Positions 9,124-19,970 of a DNA stretch of 64,000 nucleotides are shown one piece after another. Below the pieces are notes generated by a model. That model saw only the letters and a list, made by a program, of their open reading frames with translations, did not search any database and was not told where the DNA came from. The translations under genes were made by a program, and so were the position numbers. The stretch covers positions 32,001-96,000 of the forward strand of contig CAVWIP010000017.1 of assembly GCA_963755125.1 (NCBI GenBank), given 5' to 3'. Position 1 is the first letter of the stretch, and the number at the start of each line of letters is the position of its first letter. Source of the DNA: an uncultured delta proteobacterium (GTDB lineage: Bacteria; Myxococcota_A; Polyangia; Fen-1088).

Positions 9124-11238
9124 TCAGGAACCACTGCCCAGGGCAGGGCATATCTGATCAGACGCCGGACAGGTCAGACACGTCAGCGCGAGCAGCGTGC
9201 CTGGAGGCGCCAGCGGCGCAGTGCTCGGTCGCAGAACAGTGATTCTCTGGTTCATAAATGCGTTCGGGCAGCCCGTGGTTCGATCCGCATCGTAGTAGAG
9301 GTACCAGCAAGGCCGAGCGCTGTCCGGGACGTTGGCCAGCAGGGGATTTGTGGGATCCAGCGGGAGTTGGGTAGTGGGATCTATGCACTCGGTGAGAGTT
9401 TCTTGCGAGTAGCCAGTTGTCAGACACCCATTTTGGCCCGGCGTGGTGCACCCGCTGTCGTAGACAACCTGGCATTCAGGCTGCACGCCAGGTGCATTTG
9501 GGTTCGTGTCGATCAACGGGTACTGCACGCAACCTGGACTCAGCGCCTGCGAGATCGCCTCACCAATTTGGGTCATCGCGTCCGTGAAGTCCTGGTTGCA
9601 GATGCTGAAACGCTGTCCGTTGGCGCCGAAGGCACTGACGAACTTGTTATGGCGAAGACCGCCGTAGGCTTTGTAGATGTTGCCGTCAGAGGCCTGCACA
9701 GTGGGATTCCAGCAAATGGGCATGTAGTCCCAATAGGTGTTCTCTGGGGCCGGGAGCGACGTGGTGTCAACCCCGATCCTGTATTGATCCGTGGTCTGGA
9801 CATTGGGCAAGGCAGTGTCCGGGGGCCAGCCGAAGATGCCAGACACGAGGATCTGGGTCTGGGGATTGCCCTTGACACCGTTGACGCTGTCGATGATGTC
9901 CCGCACGTCGATGAGCGGAAGGTAGGTGGAGTCCAGATTGTTCCTATCGAGCTGCTCCTTGTCCGTGCAATCGGAAAATGGGTGCATGAACCCCAAGGCG
10001 CCAGTTCCAGGTCCAACGTTGGGCGTCGGGGCCGGGTTCTGCGGGGTGAAGCCGTTCACGGGGTCGTAGCCAGGGATTGGTTGGCCACCGCAGAGATGGC
10101 CCCGAGCCGCGCATTTCAGGCTGGCGGTTTCCCCAGGGGGCCTGGTCAGGAACATGCCATCGTTATTGTTGCCGTTTTGGGCTACGTCGGCGACTGGAGC
10201 AGAGCAATCATCCTCGTCGGTGATGAGCACAATGGCCAGGTATGCCTCGGGACGCAAGAAGCCGACGTTCTCCATGTTGATATCGGTGCAGTTATTGCCT
10301 TGGGCGTTGCAATTCACCTGTTGGGGGTTGAGTGCGACTTGAATCGATTGCAACTGGTGCTCGTAACCGCAGCCCGCGATTCCCACGGACTGGGCGAGGC
10401 AGGTGAAGACGTCCGTAAGCTGGCCGGTGTAGTTCTGCGCCCGCCCAACCCCGTTCGCATTCGCAACATCTGAGATCCACCGGGCACCCGAGTTGAGGCC
10501 GCACCCGTTGGGTGTGGGGTAGGTTGAAATTTGACCGGGGGCGGTCGAATATAGCGTATTGCCGGGCGCGACCGAGGCAATCAGGTTGTTGGGATCGTTT
10601 CCCCACAAAAGGCCGCGATCGCCCAGAACCCGTGAGCAGTTACCGCCGATATTGTCCGAGCCAGCCCCCATGTCGCTGCTGATGACGCCGATGTGGACGT
10701 CGGGCAAACTTACAGCTGTGCCCGAAGGGTCCAAAGGGTCTGGAAGGTTCTGCAGTACCTGGATCATCTTGGGGAAGTTGGCAGCCAGTGCCTGCTGCTT
10801 GGGATCCATCGAAGGGGAATTGTCGATCATGAACAAGATGTCGACTTCGCGGCTGACCAAGACGGTGAAGGAGGTCAATGGGAAAATATCGACTGCGTTC
10901 GTCACGGCCTCGCTTGCGCTGGTCACGCCACCGGCTGCGCTGGTCACGCCACCGACTGGGCCCGTCGTGCCACCGGCTGCTGGGCCCGTCGTGCCACCGG
11001 CTGCTGGGCTCGTCGTGCCACCGGCTGCTGGGCTCGTCGTGCCACCGGCTGCTGGGCTCGTCGTGCCACCGGCTGGGCCCGTCACGCCTCCGGGGGCTAC
11101 TGTCGCACCCCCAGGATTCGCGCTGGCGTCGTTGGGTAGGCTGGTGCCTGCCAACGGATCGGACATGCATGCGGCCGACAAGCCTGTGAGCAGGAGTGCG
11201 GCCAGCGAGCCTTGACTGCTGCGAGTGTGGTTTCTCAT
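9124..11238 (-). CDS. Myxobacterial vWA-like (MIDAS) lipoprotein with Gly/Thr/Pro linker
   Basis: Lipobox LSAAC; VDILFMIDNSPSM (DxSxS); GFLRPEAYLAIVLITDEDDCS. Confidence 0.85.
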   Translation of the reverse strand: MRNHTRSSQGSLAALLLTGLSAACMSDPLAGTSLPNDASANPGGATVAPGGVTGPAGGTTSPAAGGTTSPAAGGTTSPAAGGTTGPAAGGTTGPVGGVTSAAGGVTSASEAVTNAVDIFPLTSFTVLVSREVDILFMIDNSPSMDPKQQALAANFPKMIQVLQNLPDPLDPSGTAVSLPDVHIGVISSDMGAGSDNIGGNCSRVLGDRGLLWGNDPNNLIASVAPGNTLYSTAPGQISTYPTPNGCGLNSGARWISDVANANGVGRAQNYTGQLTDVFTCLAQSVGIAGCGYEHQLQSIQVALNPQQVNCNAQGNNCTDINMENVGFLRPEAYLAIVLITDEDDCSAPVADVAQNGNNNDGMFLTRPPGETASLKCAARGHLCGGQPIPGYDPVNGFTPQNPAPTPNVGPGTGALGFMHPFSDCTDKEQLDRNNLDSTYLPLIDVRDIIDSVNGVKGNPQTQILVSGIFGWPPDTALPNVQTTDQYRIGVDTTSLPAPENTYWDYMPICWNPTVQASDGNIYKAYGGLRHNKFVSAFGANGQRFSICNQDFTDAMTQIGEAISQALSPGCVQYPLIDTNPNAPGVQPECQVVYDSGCTTPGQNGCLTTGYSQETLTECIDPTTQLPLDPTNPLLANVPDSARPCWYLYYDADRTTGCPNAFMNQRITVLRPSTAPLAPPGTLLALTCLTCPASDQICPALGSGS
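10915..11088 (-). repeat. Coding tandem repeat, 24-bp unit (PAAGGTTS/G) x5 plus degenerate 21-bp units
   Basis: Repeated CGTCGTGCCACCGGCTGCTGGGC(C/T) on the + strand. Confidence 0.9.
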
Positions 11239-11549
11239 GACCTTACCTAGTCCCCGAACACCAATCGACCTTACAAACGACATCAAAGAAACCAGAAACT
11301 GACGCCCAGGCAAAGCTGGGCTTCGATTCGCGGCAAGGCTGCCAGACGGGGGCTGCCCTGGCCATGTCGTCGCGAGTGTTTGGCGCGACCGGCCACAGGA
11401 AGGTGCGCAGCAAGGGCGCAGCTCGGCCCATTACGCCGACTTGCTTCTGCTCCGGTGCGCGAGTGGGAGCCCGGCCAAGGCTCCCCAGGATGGGGCCAGG
11501 TCGCTGTGTTTCTGGTCTAACCGGTTGTGGGAGGCGGAAGGTCCTGCGG

Positions 11550-11685
11550 TGAATAAGCTATGGGAACTGGGTCCCCTTTGATCCGGGTGTCCACCGTCGC
11601 ACGCACACCGGGGGTGGGGTATGTTGGCCGTTGGAAAAATTTTGGGGCAAAAATTCAAGCCAGCCGGGCCAGCTTGAACCCGGAG
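11550..11685 (+). repeat. Non-coding repeat family A, copy 3
   Basis: AATAAGCTATGGGAACTGGGTCCCCTTTGAT...CACCGGGGG...GGAAAAATTTTGGGGCAAAAATTCAAGCC...CCAGCTTGAACC. Confidence 0.8.
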
Positions 11686-11709
11686 GCAGGCTCGCCTCCA
11701 TCATTAGAT

Positions 11710-11892
11710 CAGGTACCGGAAGCCGCGGCCATCTTCAAAGTGAGCGTGGCGACCATGCGCAGATGGGTCAAGACCGGCCACGTTTCGGTCGTGAAACTGG
11801 CAAACACGGTCCGTGTTGACCTGCCCCGAGTCCACGGCGTCGATGCGGCGGACGTCGCACGGATGGCCAGGGAGGCACGGGCTCGACGCTGA
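11710..11892 (+). CDS. Excisionase-like HTH (HTH_17/MerR-like), start unclear or truncated
   Basis: VPEAAAIFKVSVATMRRWVKTGHVSVVKLANTVRVD. Confidence 0.65.
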   Translation, partial: QVPEAAAIFKVSVATMRRWVKTGHVSVVKLANTVRVDLPRVHGVDAADVARMAREARARR

Positions 11893-12006
11893 AGGCTATC
11901 GGTAGGCGATCCTATCCCGTCCCCAATTCACTACCGACAGTGGGCCCCCTTCGTCGAAGATGCCCACTGTCGTCCGTGCACCAAGGGCAAGGTGTGTCCG
12001 CGGGCA

Positions 12007-12864
12007 TCAACTTCGTGAAACTGCCCTCTCCGACCGATCTCCTTTGCCGAGGTTGCATGAGGTGCAAAGAATCTGAAGGTTCTTCTTCTCGGTCCGGCCA
12101 CCCCGTGCCACGGGGATGATGTGGTCCACGTGGAGCTTAACTCCCTCCTTGGCACCATGGCCGCAGGCGCAGCACCGGAATCGGTGAGCCTCCAGAATTT
12201 CGTAGCGCAGGCCGAGGGGGACGCTGCGACCCTTGAACACGCGACCGGCGTCTTCGGGGTGCACTTCACGCTTCGGCAGCGATTGGAGGGAGTAGCCCTT
12301 GTTGCCCATGAAGTGACCCTTCACCAGCGCCACGGTGAGGAAGGATCGCAGGAAGGATTGGGGAGTGGTGTCTACGAGGACGCCCGATTTCCCATCGAAC
12401 GTGCCCAACACCAGACGGTGGTTCTCATCGACCTCCATACCCAACCGTCGGAGCATGCCGCAAAGTTCATCGGCCCGAGTCGCACGGGCAGCTGCGCCAA
12501 TCTTGCGGGTGGCGAGTCGCAGGGTCTGGGTCAAGGTGAAGATGGCTCCCTTGTGGCGCAGCAGGGTTAGGTTCACGGAGAAGAGCATGCCTCTTGCGCA
12601 GTAGGCAAATAGCCTCCAGTGGTCGTTCACGTTCAAGTAAAGCTGGAGGGAGATCTCAAGTTGCTGTTCCCTACCGATAGTGAACGTGTACTCCAGTTCG
12701 CGGTGAAGCAACTGCCAGTCTTCGTGGTTGTACTGAAGCCTCGAAGTCGTAAGGATTCCTCGGTGTCCGGCAATCCGGGTCTTGCCGAACTCCAGGTCCA
12801 GTGCTGGCAAGGTATTCTCTACGAGCAAATCTCGAAATCTCAACACGTAGGCTGGGGCTCTCAT
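12007..12864 (-). CDS. HNH endonuclease (C-terminal zinc-binding HNH, unknown N-terminal domain)
   Basis: LRYEILEAHRFRCCACG...LHVDHIIPVARGGRTEKKNLQILCTSCNLGK. Confidence 0.9.
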   Translation of the reverse strand: MRAPAYVLRFRDLLVENTLPALDLEFGKTRIAGHRGILTTSRLQYNHEDWQLLHRELEYTFTIGREQQLEISLQLYLNVNDHWRLFAYCARGMLFSVNLTLLRHKGAIFTLTQTLRLATRKIGAAARATRADELCGMLRRLGMEVDENHRLVLGTFDGKSGVLVDTTPQSFLRSFLTVALVKGHFMGNKGYSLQSLPKREVHPEDAGRVFKGRSVPLGLRYEILEAHRFRCCACGHGAKEGVKLHVDHIIPVARGGRTEKKNLQILCTSCNLGKGDRSERAVSRS

Positions 12865-13259
12865 CTTCGCACCACCCTTCTGCCAGGTTGCCGTGACGTC
12901 TCTGCGACTGAACCGGGAACGGGGTTGGCCTGCGCCGCACGTAGGTCCGCCACGATCACCTCGGCATCCCGGCGCTTGAATTCCTTGGGAGAACCCCGAA
13001 ACTGGCCCGTCCACGCGATGGGCGAGACCATGTTCTGGAAGAAGCTCAGCCGGTCACGCTGGGTCAGCACCGGCACCCCAAGGCCCTTCACACGGAACCG
13101 TACGTAGAAGTTCTTGGATCTCGCGGGAATCCGGCGATTTCCATTGTCTTCCTGGCGAGGAAAATCGGGCACTTCCGCACTTTTTCGACCAGTAGTGCTA
13201 GCCGTCCCCTGGTCCGGACAAAGTCTTTTGCGGCTGACAGCCCCGTCGTGCAAATCCAT
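12861..13259 (-). pseudogene. Short ORF whose C-terminal half resembles the end of an EVE-like domain protein
   Basis: RDRLSFFQNMVSPIAWTGQFRGSPKEFKRRDAEVIVADL recalls EVE-domain protein segments; its stop overlaps the HNH start (ATGA); the N-terminal half looks non-conserved. Confidence 0.35.
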
Positions 13260-13272
13260 TCTTGCGCGGTCT

Positions 13273-15845
13273 CTAGGATTCCCGTCCGAGCTGCCCCGGG
13301 CTGGTACGGTTCGGTCCTCGTCGGCGCTTCCCTCCTCCATCCTTGGGGCCAGCCAAGTGCTCCAGAGCGAATTCATACAGGAAACGCGCACTCGTGTATG
13401 CAGCGTACCGTTGATAGTCGTCCCCCTTTGCGGAGTCCCCGAAATCGCAAACTGACTTGACAGACATAGCCGCAGGCCGCGGTTCCCTACAGTGCGCCGC
13501 CGCCACGAAAACGGCGTAGGTCTCCATCTCGACGCCGATGACCTTGCGGTTTCTTCGAACGATGTCCTCCATGACCGTCCTGTCTGCGACGACGGAGGCC
13601 CCAGACGCGATGGGACCGATCTGAGCGCTGAGTTCAAACCGCGGCCGGGTTCCTGGCCATTTCCCAGATATCCCCGCGAGCATCTTCCCATCGAGCCGAA
13701 ACTGCCCCAATCTCGCCTTGAGGACTGGATCTAGTGGCAATGGCGAAGGAGATGGAGCGAAGCGACTCCCGCTACCGGCAACAGCTGTAACCTTGCCCGC
13801 ACCGTAGTCCCACGACTGGTCGGCAATTAGGATGTCGCCGAAATTGCCCTCCACGCCGGCTGCTATCCCCGCCATCGCCAAGTACCGCGGCCGGAAGCGC
13901 TCCACGATCTTCATAGCCAGAACAGCCGTAGCGGGCATGCCAACATCGCCCGTAGCAGCTGCGACGACCCGCATCCGCTTACCCGAACGGGTAAAGACTC
14001 CACAGTGGTAGATAGCGCTGTCGCCCTTAAAGCTCTTTTCCTTCCATTTCCCTGGCAGGTTCAACACCGCCTGCAACTCTACGGCCTCCAGAGCGGTCAT
14101 GATCGCCATGTCGACCGGCCCGCTGGGCGCATCACGACCGAAAACCTCATCAACTATGTATACCAACTTCTGTCCAAGTGGAGTTGACCCGATTTGGTGG
14201 ACGGTTTCGTTACGCAGCTTTCTTACCAGCTTTCTTCACTGAGTGCATCAGCTCAAATTCGATTGGGCTGTTGTAATTGAGCGCCGAATGACGGCGGCAA
14301 GGATTGTAGAAGCCTTCGATGTACTCGCCAATCGAGAGGTTAGCTGCCTCCCAGCTTTCGAGATCGTCGATGTCTTCCAACTCGCGCTTGAGGGTCGCGA
14401 AGAAACTCTCGGCCACGGCATTATCCCAGCAGTCTCCCTTCCGGCTCATGCTGCATTCTATGCTTCCGGCTTCCAAGGCTTTGCGGTAGTCGTCGCTCGC
14501 GTACGTGCTGCCTCGATCTGAGTGGTGAACCAGGCCGCTGCCGGGCTGGCGTTGGCACAAGGCCATGGCCAGTGCCGCGAGCGCGAGGTGGCGATCGACA
14601 TTCCGACTGGTCGCCCAGCCGACAACCCGCCTGGAAAACAGGTCGAGAATCACCGCGAGGTACAGCCAGCCTTGCTGCGTCCACAGAAACGTGATGTCAG
14701 TGACCCACGACTGGTTTGGACGAAGCGCGGTGAAGTTGCGCTCCAGCACATTCGGCGCGATGGGGAAGCTGTGCTTCGAGTCGGTGGTCGTGCGAAAACG
14801 ATGACGACAGCGCGCCACCAGCTTGTTTTCGCGCATCAGCCTGGCCACCCGCTTGCAACCCACCCGATCCCCGGAAGCTTTGAGGTCGGCATGAACACGG
14901 GGACTGCCGTATCGTCGCCGGCTCCCGTGATGAATCGCGGCTATCCGCTCGGACAGATCCTGGTCACGGCGTGCGTGCAACGAGGCGGGCCGTCCCTGGC
15001 TGGCGTAGTAGCCACTGGGCGAAACGGCCAAGACACGGCAGAGGACCGCGACGGGGAAGGCCACCTTCTCCTCGGAGATGAACGCAAACCTCACGCGCTC
15101 TCCTTGGCGAAGAAGGTGGCCGCCCTTTTTAAAATCTCACGCTCCATGCGGAGGACTTTCACCTCGCGACGCAGATGCGAAAGTTCTTCCTTCTCGGCGG
15201 TCGTCAGGGCGCCAGCAGGGCCCTTGCCCTCGTCTACCCTCGACTGCCGATCCCACTGGTACACCAGGCTGCTTGCCACCCTGAAGTCCTTTGCTACCTG
15301 CGCGACGCTGCGTCCTGCACGGACGAGCGCCACCAAGTCTGCCTTGAACTCGCGCGTGTGCATGCGCCGGGATCGCTTCTTCTCTTTGTCCAACATGTGG
15401 TCACCTTTCTACGCCCATTTTCCTGAGCGAGGGTGTCCACCAAACCGGGTCAAGTCCAAAGTTTCTCCGCCCAGTCGTTCGAGCTTTCCTCATACTTAAC
15501 CAGGTGCCACAGGCTCGCCTCGAAGTCGCCACGGTATTGATCGCGAAGATCATCAAAGGCAGTAAGCCCCACGATGTGCCCTGGTCGGATAGCACCTCCC
15601 CGCTTCTTGAACCGAATCATTACCGTCATCCCGCCGTCCGATCGCGCTGGTTCGCCACGTCGGACTGGCAACTTCAAGTCGATAATGAGGAGATCAAACC
15701 GCTGTCGCGTCATGGCCTGCGTGGCATCATTTGCCGTGGTCGCAACCTCCACGATCAGATTCTCTTCCGCGACGAAAGCATGCAGGGTCTGGATGACAGC
15801 GTCCACCTTCCGCCGGTTGTCATCGGCAATAAGTACTCTAATCAT
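13273..15845 (-). pseudogene. dtcC: Detocs effector DtcC (receiver + purine nucleoside phosphorylase domain), split by IS3
   Basis: REC: RVLIADD...LLIIDLKLP...GLTAF. PNP: MAGIAAG...GDILIAD...GPIASG...GVEMETY...KSVCDFGD. Removing the IS and one AAG rejoins DWAEKL-GQKLVYIVDE in frame (429 aa). Confidence 0.85.
14179..15458 (-). mobile_element. IS3-family insertion sequence, copy 2 (1280 bp)
   Basis: Same IRs and identical translated ORFs (14210-15094, 15091-15396) as copy 1; target duplication AAG (14176-14178, 15459-15461). Confidence 0.97.
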
Positions 15846-16299
15846 CTCTCTTCAGCCTTCTTTGCACTATCTCGCGCAGTTTGTTGCGCCAGCCAGACTC
15901 GGACGGCTCGTAAAAGACCGTCCCCCAATATCTACCCTCAAATTCCGCCCCCATCTTGGCAGCCAATTCATCGAGACTCTGCGTCTCTTCTCCCGTTCCA
16001 AAACTCTCAAACTGAGTGACCACAACGACGCCAACCGCGAGGTTCCTTCGCTTCAATTCTGCAAGGATATCATAGCCGCTGAATGGGCGCGGTCTGCCGC
16101 CCTTCTCCAAAGACGAAATGTCATACGTTGGCATGCTCATGTCGAGAAGTATAAGTCTGGGCTTCAGCTCCACCGCCGCCTGGAGACCGCTCTGGTATGA
16201 GCGGCGCTCAGTCACGTCCCCTTGAAGAAGATCTTCCCGAACAAAGCGCATCAACTCCCGACTCTTGTTCGGGTCGTCCTCAATGATGAGGATTTTCAT
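15838..16299 (-). CDS. dtcB: Stand-alone receiver domain protein (Detocs DtcB-like)
   Basis: MKILIIEDD...LILLDMSMP...VVTQF; overlaps both neighbouring genes. Confidence 0.85.
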   Translation of the reverse strand: MKILIIEDDPNKSRELMRFVREDLLQGDVTERRSYQSGLQAAVELKPRLILLDMSMPTYDISSLEKGGRPRPFSGYDILAELKRRNLAVGVVVVTQFESFGTGEETQSLDELAAKMGAEFEGRYWGTVFYEPSESGWRNKLREIVQRRLKRDD

Positions 16300-19200
16300 G
16301 TTTGCAAACCCTCCAGCGACAATTCTACCCTTATCGCAAAGCCCTCTTTGGGCTTAACATCGACATCGATGGAGTAGTCCTCTTGCCCCAGGTCGTACTT
16401 GGCGATCTTGTGTAGCTTCGCAAACCCACTGCCCCCCTCCTGACGAATGACGCCTGTCGCCCTCTTTGCTGTTTCAAGGAGAGACCGAGCCGTCCTCTGC
16501 AAGTCCTCGACCGAGATGTCGGGGCCCAAGGCATTACGTACCTCAATAACCAAGCGAGCGCAATGCGCGAATATCCGGCCCTGCACCCGTGGTCGGTCAA
16601 GCTGGGCGTGTCTCACAGCGTTCTCGAAGAGAATAAAGAGCAGGTCAATGAAGGCTGTAAAGCTACTCCCCTTCATCATAAGAGATTCGTCCCCGATCTC
16701 CATTTCAGGGAACTCCGCGAGGTTAGGAAAGCAGTTTCGCAGGATCTCGCTCGACGCGTAGGCAAGAAGCGTAAGCTTGTAGTCAGGTACTGCCTCCTCC
16801 TCCCCGACTTTGAACCAGGCCGCAATGGCACCAAGTTCGTTCGCGACGCTCGTACGACAGCGCGCCAGAGCCGCAGAAAGGTCTGCGTTGCGCGTGCCAG
16901 GGGCCAATTCTCCGAGCGCCCTCTCCAAGTCGTCGATTGTCTGAAGGAGGCGCTGGCAAAGCTCCCCGGTGATTCGGTCTCTGATCTTCGCTAGCTGAGC
17001 CTGGGTCCTTTCCCAGAGGTTCGCAAACACGGCTTCAACGAACCGCTCGACGTCGGCTATCTGAAGTACGGCGAGGTATAGATTGACGGCATCAGCGTCG
17101 GTGTAGTCGAAGTCGAACATCCCAGCAGCTTTGCTCCGCGACTTGATCTGGAGCCAATCCTCCTTTACCTCCTGGATCAGCCCGTCGATCGTGGCAGAGA
17201 AGCGGCGAAACGCATCGTTGATCTTGTCGCGGACCGCAGCGGGGCTGGACAGCGTTAAGGGCTTGCTCCAATGCGCGTTGTACTCGTATTGTGCTGTTCT
17301 TGCGTTCTTTCGGGTGATCAGTGCCTCTCTCTCGAACTGGCTTCTGATTTGGCCCGATAGAGTCCCGTGCCGAATCCGGACGCTCAGGTACGAATCGAGG
17401 CCAAATTCGTTGCTCGAAATGAACCTGGCGCGAAGATCGTCGAAGAGATCCTGGAACTGCTGCAGAGTCGCATCGCTAATGACAAGTACGGGCTCCTCTG
17501 TGTCGAATCTCAGGTCCTTCAGAGCGAGCGTTTCTCGGAGCCTTCCGGTCAGCAACGAGAACGCCCGGAAGCGCAGAAACTTGTCGTAAAACCCACGGTC
17601 GAGAGAGCGAACGATCCCCGACGTATCGACGTGGATTTTGCTCTCGCCATATCGTTGGAGCGCCCGACGGATCACCAGGGCTTCCGTTCTTCGTGCAATT
17701 TCCGTGGAGGATGCGTCGGAGGAAGCAGGATCTATGGCGAGGAGCGTCTGGCATATTGCAATCCGCTCACGCTCAAGGTCCTCCGAGCTACCAAACGCGA
17801 CGGAGTAGTCCATCACCTCCGGAATGCAAACGTGTCGAAGAAAGTGAATGTAGCGCCTGGCTGGGAAACTGTCTTTGCGTGTGAAGAGTTCGCTCGGCTT
17901 CCGCGCGCCGGCTTGCGAAAGAAAGTCGTCATAGGCGGCGTAGGTAGACCGAAAGGAGTCTTGTCTTCGGCGTGCCTGTCGCGGGATCGAGAAGAGAATG
18001 GGCCAGACAAGCGAATCTTGTCGGGTTGGGGGATGGGCCTTGCATGCATCGATGATTTCTTGGATAGGGAAGGCCCCTATACCGTTGGGCCGCTCCAGGT
18101 ACGCGTCCACAGTAATCTCGGCCGCTTCGGCGGGCTGCCCTGCGGACAGGTAGGCAGAGCAGAGACCGAGCGACGCTTCATGGCGGAGCGGCATGCCCCC
18201 CTGGGGGTGTGAAAGGAGGGCTGAATAGTGCACAATTGCGCGACGATACTCTCCACGCAACACAGCATGACGAGCTTCGTACTTCTCTGCGCGCGGCGGC
18301 CAGATCCCTTCGAAGGAAGTGGGGGCGCGATCTCTGAATAGGTCGACGACTGGGCCGTGCTCGTACCAAGAAGCGATCTTGTCGAGAAAGGCTGGCTTGT
18401 CGTTCGGAGGCAGAATCTCCGAGAAGCGGGGGGTAATGGCGCTTGCGGCCAGAGCGCCGAAGACCTCCATGTCAAGGCCGGTTTTTATGCATCCTTGGAC
18501 TGCGAGAAATGCCAGGACCTGGTCGGCGAACCTGGTCCCGTCGAGCGTGTGCGTGAGTTTCCGCAACCACGCGACGGCCTCGGTTGTGTCCGGGCCTCGC
18601 GCTAGCACCGAAATCACGGCGCGAACCAATGGCTCGGCCGACCCGAACCTGGCGCCGTCCGGCTCCCGCCCGAGATAGAGGCAGCTTTTCGCATAGAGCT
18701 CAACGAACTCGAATGCGTCCGTTCCCCTCGCGAGCACGTCTTCGGCCTTGAGGGCCGCCTCTTCGTGGGCACCACTGGTGTAGGCGTTTAAGACGTATGC
18801 GAGAAACGGGTCCGGAGGCGTCGCCGGAAGCGCGGAACGCGGATTTGCTAAGAGATTCAACAGCTCCAACCGCTTGTCCTTCACGGCTTGGGCGAGGGAG
18901 CCAATGCACTCACGGAGGGCCCCTCGGGCGTGCGTTTCCGGGTCGCTGGCGCAGATCTGAAGGCACCGCAAATAGCAGCAATACCGATCCACCATCGGGT
19001 AGCTCGCCTCCCGATGGAGCACATGTCGAACATCCGGCTTGAATCGGAGGCTGGAGAAATCGAATTGGAAACGGAAGGCGCTAATGGCGCCCTTTATCTC
19101 TGGCTGGTCAGATCCTGGGACCCCCGCACAAAGGGTGTCTATTGCACTCTCATAGTTCGAGGCCGAGAGTTCCTCCTCCACCCTTTGACTAATGAGCGTT

Positions 19201-19793
19201 GCGTGGACGCGCACAAATTCACTGCCGGCTTGTTCAGCCAGATCGGCAAGGTGGGCTCGATTTTCCTTGAGCCCACCCTGCTTCTGGGCCAGGAGCAGCT
19301 CAGCTCTGAGCGTCCAAAGGGACTGGCCTAGTCGGTCGACGATTTGTCGGAGCGTTGCTGCGGCTTCGGCGAGATCTACCGTGAGCAGGGCTGCCTCGAA
19401 CCGGTCCCGCAATGCAATGAATCCAGAAAGACGATCAGCATACCTCTTTAGGACGGCGCAGTTCCACCGCAGTTCATCGGCAAGAGAGTTGCCGATCGGC
19501 AGGACCTGCGCTCTCGTGAAGTCGGCGTAGGTCTGCGGAAAGGCAGTGCCTGTGATCAGACGTTCTGCGGCGGGCTGGTGATACCTGAGCACACGACCAA
19601 TAAGCTTGATGGACTCCGCTTTTAGACTGATCCGGGCTGCCGCCCCACGCCTCGTAGGTTCAAGCAGACGCAGATATCGTACGGGGATGAACCCTGGCGC
19701 ATTCTCGCCCTTTTCTCGAAGCCTGCGGACCTCTCTGCGTTTCGCGCGGCGCAGCACGCCTGCCCGCTTTGCTTGTCTCTTCAGTGCCACCAC
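16296..19793 (-). CDS. dtcA: Large soluble sensor kinase-like protein, helical/TPR-like N-terminus with C-terminal HATPase (Detocs DtcA-like)
   Basis: 1165 aa with no obvious TM segments; YLSVRIRHGTL candidate phospho-His box; LFILFENAVRHA (N box); EGGSGFAKL (G box). Confidence 0.8.
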   Translation of the reverse strand: MVALKRQAKRAGVLRRAKRREVRRLREKGENAPGFIPVRYLRLLEPTRRGAAARISLKAESIKLIGRVLRYHQPAAERLITGTAFPQTYADFTRAQVLPIGNSLADELRWNCAVLKRYADRLSGFIALRDRFEAALLTVDLAEAAATLRQIVDRLGQSLWTLRAELLLAQKQGGLKENRAHLADLAEQAGSEFVRVHATLISQRVEEELSASNYESAIDTLCAGVPGSDQPEIKGAISAFRFQFDFSSLRFKPDVRHVLHREASYPMVDRYCCYLRCLQICASDPETHARGALRECIGSLAQAVKDKRLELLNLLANPRSALPATPPDPFLAYVLNAYTSGAHEEAALKAEDVLARGTDAFEFVELYAKSCLYLGREPDGARFGSAEPLVRAVISVLARGPDTTEAVAWLRKLTHTLDGTRFADQVLAFLAVQGCIKTGLDMEVFGALAASAITPRFSEILPPNDKPAFLDKIASWYEHGPVVDLFRDRAPTSFEGIWPPRAEKYEARHAVLRGEYRRAIVHYSALLSHPQGGMPLRHEASLGLCSAYLSAGQPAEAAEITVDAYLERPNGIGAFPIQEIIDACKAHPPTRQDSLVWPILFSIPRQARRRQDSFRSTYAAYDDFLSQAGARKPSELFTRKDSFPARRYIHFLRHVCIPEVMDYSVAFGSSEDLERERIAICQTLLAIDPASSDASSTEIARRTEALVIRRALQRYGESKIHVDTSGIVRSLDRGFYDKFLRFRAFSLLTGRLRETLALKDLRFDTEEPVLVISDATLQQFQDLFDDLRARFISSNEFGLDSYLSVRIRHGTLSGQIRSQFEREALITRKNARTAQYEYNAHWSKPLTLSSPAAVRDKINDAFRRFSATIDGLIQEVKEDWLQIKSRSKAAGMFDFDYTDADAVNLYLAVLQIADVERFVEAVFANLWERTQAQLAKIRDRITGELCQRLLQTIDDLERALGELAPGTRNADLSAALARCRTSVANELGAIAAWFKVGEEEAVPDYKLTLLAYASSEILRNCFPNLAEFPEMEIGDESLMMKGSSFTAFIDLLFILFENAVRHAQLDRPRVQGRIFAHCARLVIEVRNALGPDISVEDLQRTARSLLETAKRATGVIRQEGGSGFAKLHKIAKYDLGQEDYSIDVDVKPKEGFAIRVELSLEGLQT

Positions 19794-19970
19794 ATCCCTC
19801 TTGGATCAATGTTCGCAGATTTCCATTCTCACAGTGTCTCGACAACTGTCCCAAACGTCAACATGATCGCTGGACTCCGTCCCCGTATTGATTCTTCTGG
19901 CCTGCGACCAACGGTTGCGGCGGCTGGGAGATCCAGATCGAAGTGACCCTGGGACACCGCTGATGCGACT

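Noticed and set aside
10915..11088. CRISPR-like repeat array
   Set aside because: Units are contiguous 24-mers with no unique spacers and encode an in-frame PAAGGTTS linker; no cas genes are present.
13273..14166. CBASS Cap17-type effector or housekeeping MTA/SAH nucleosidase
   Set aside because: No cyclase is nearby; the domain is fused in frame to a receiver once the IS is removed, which fits Detocs.
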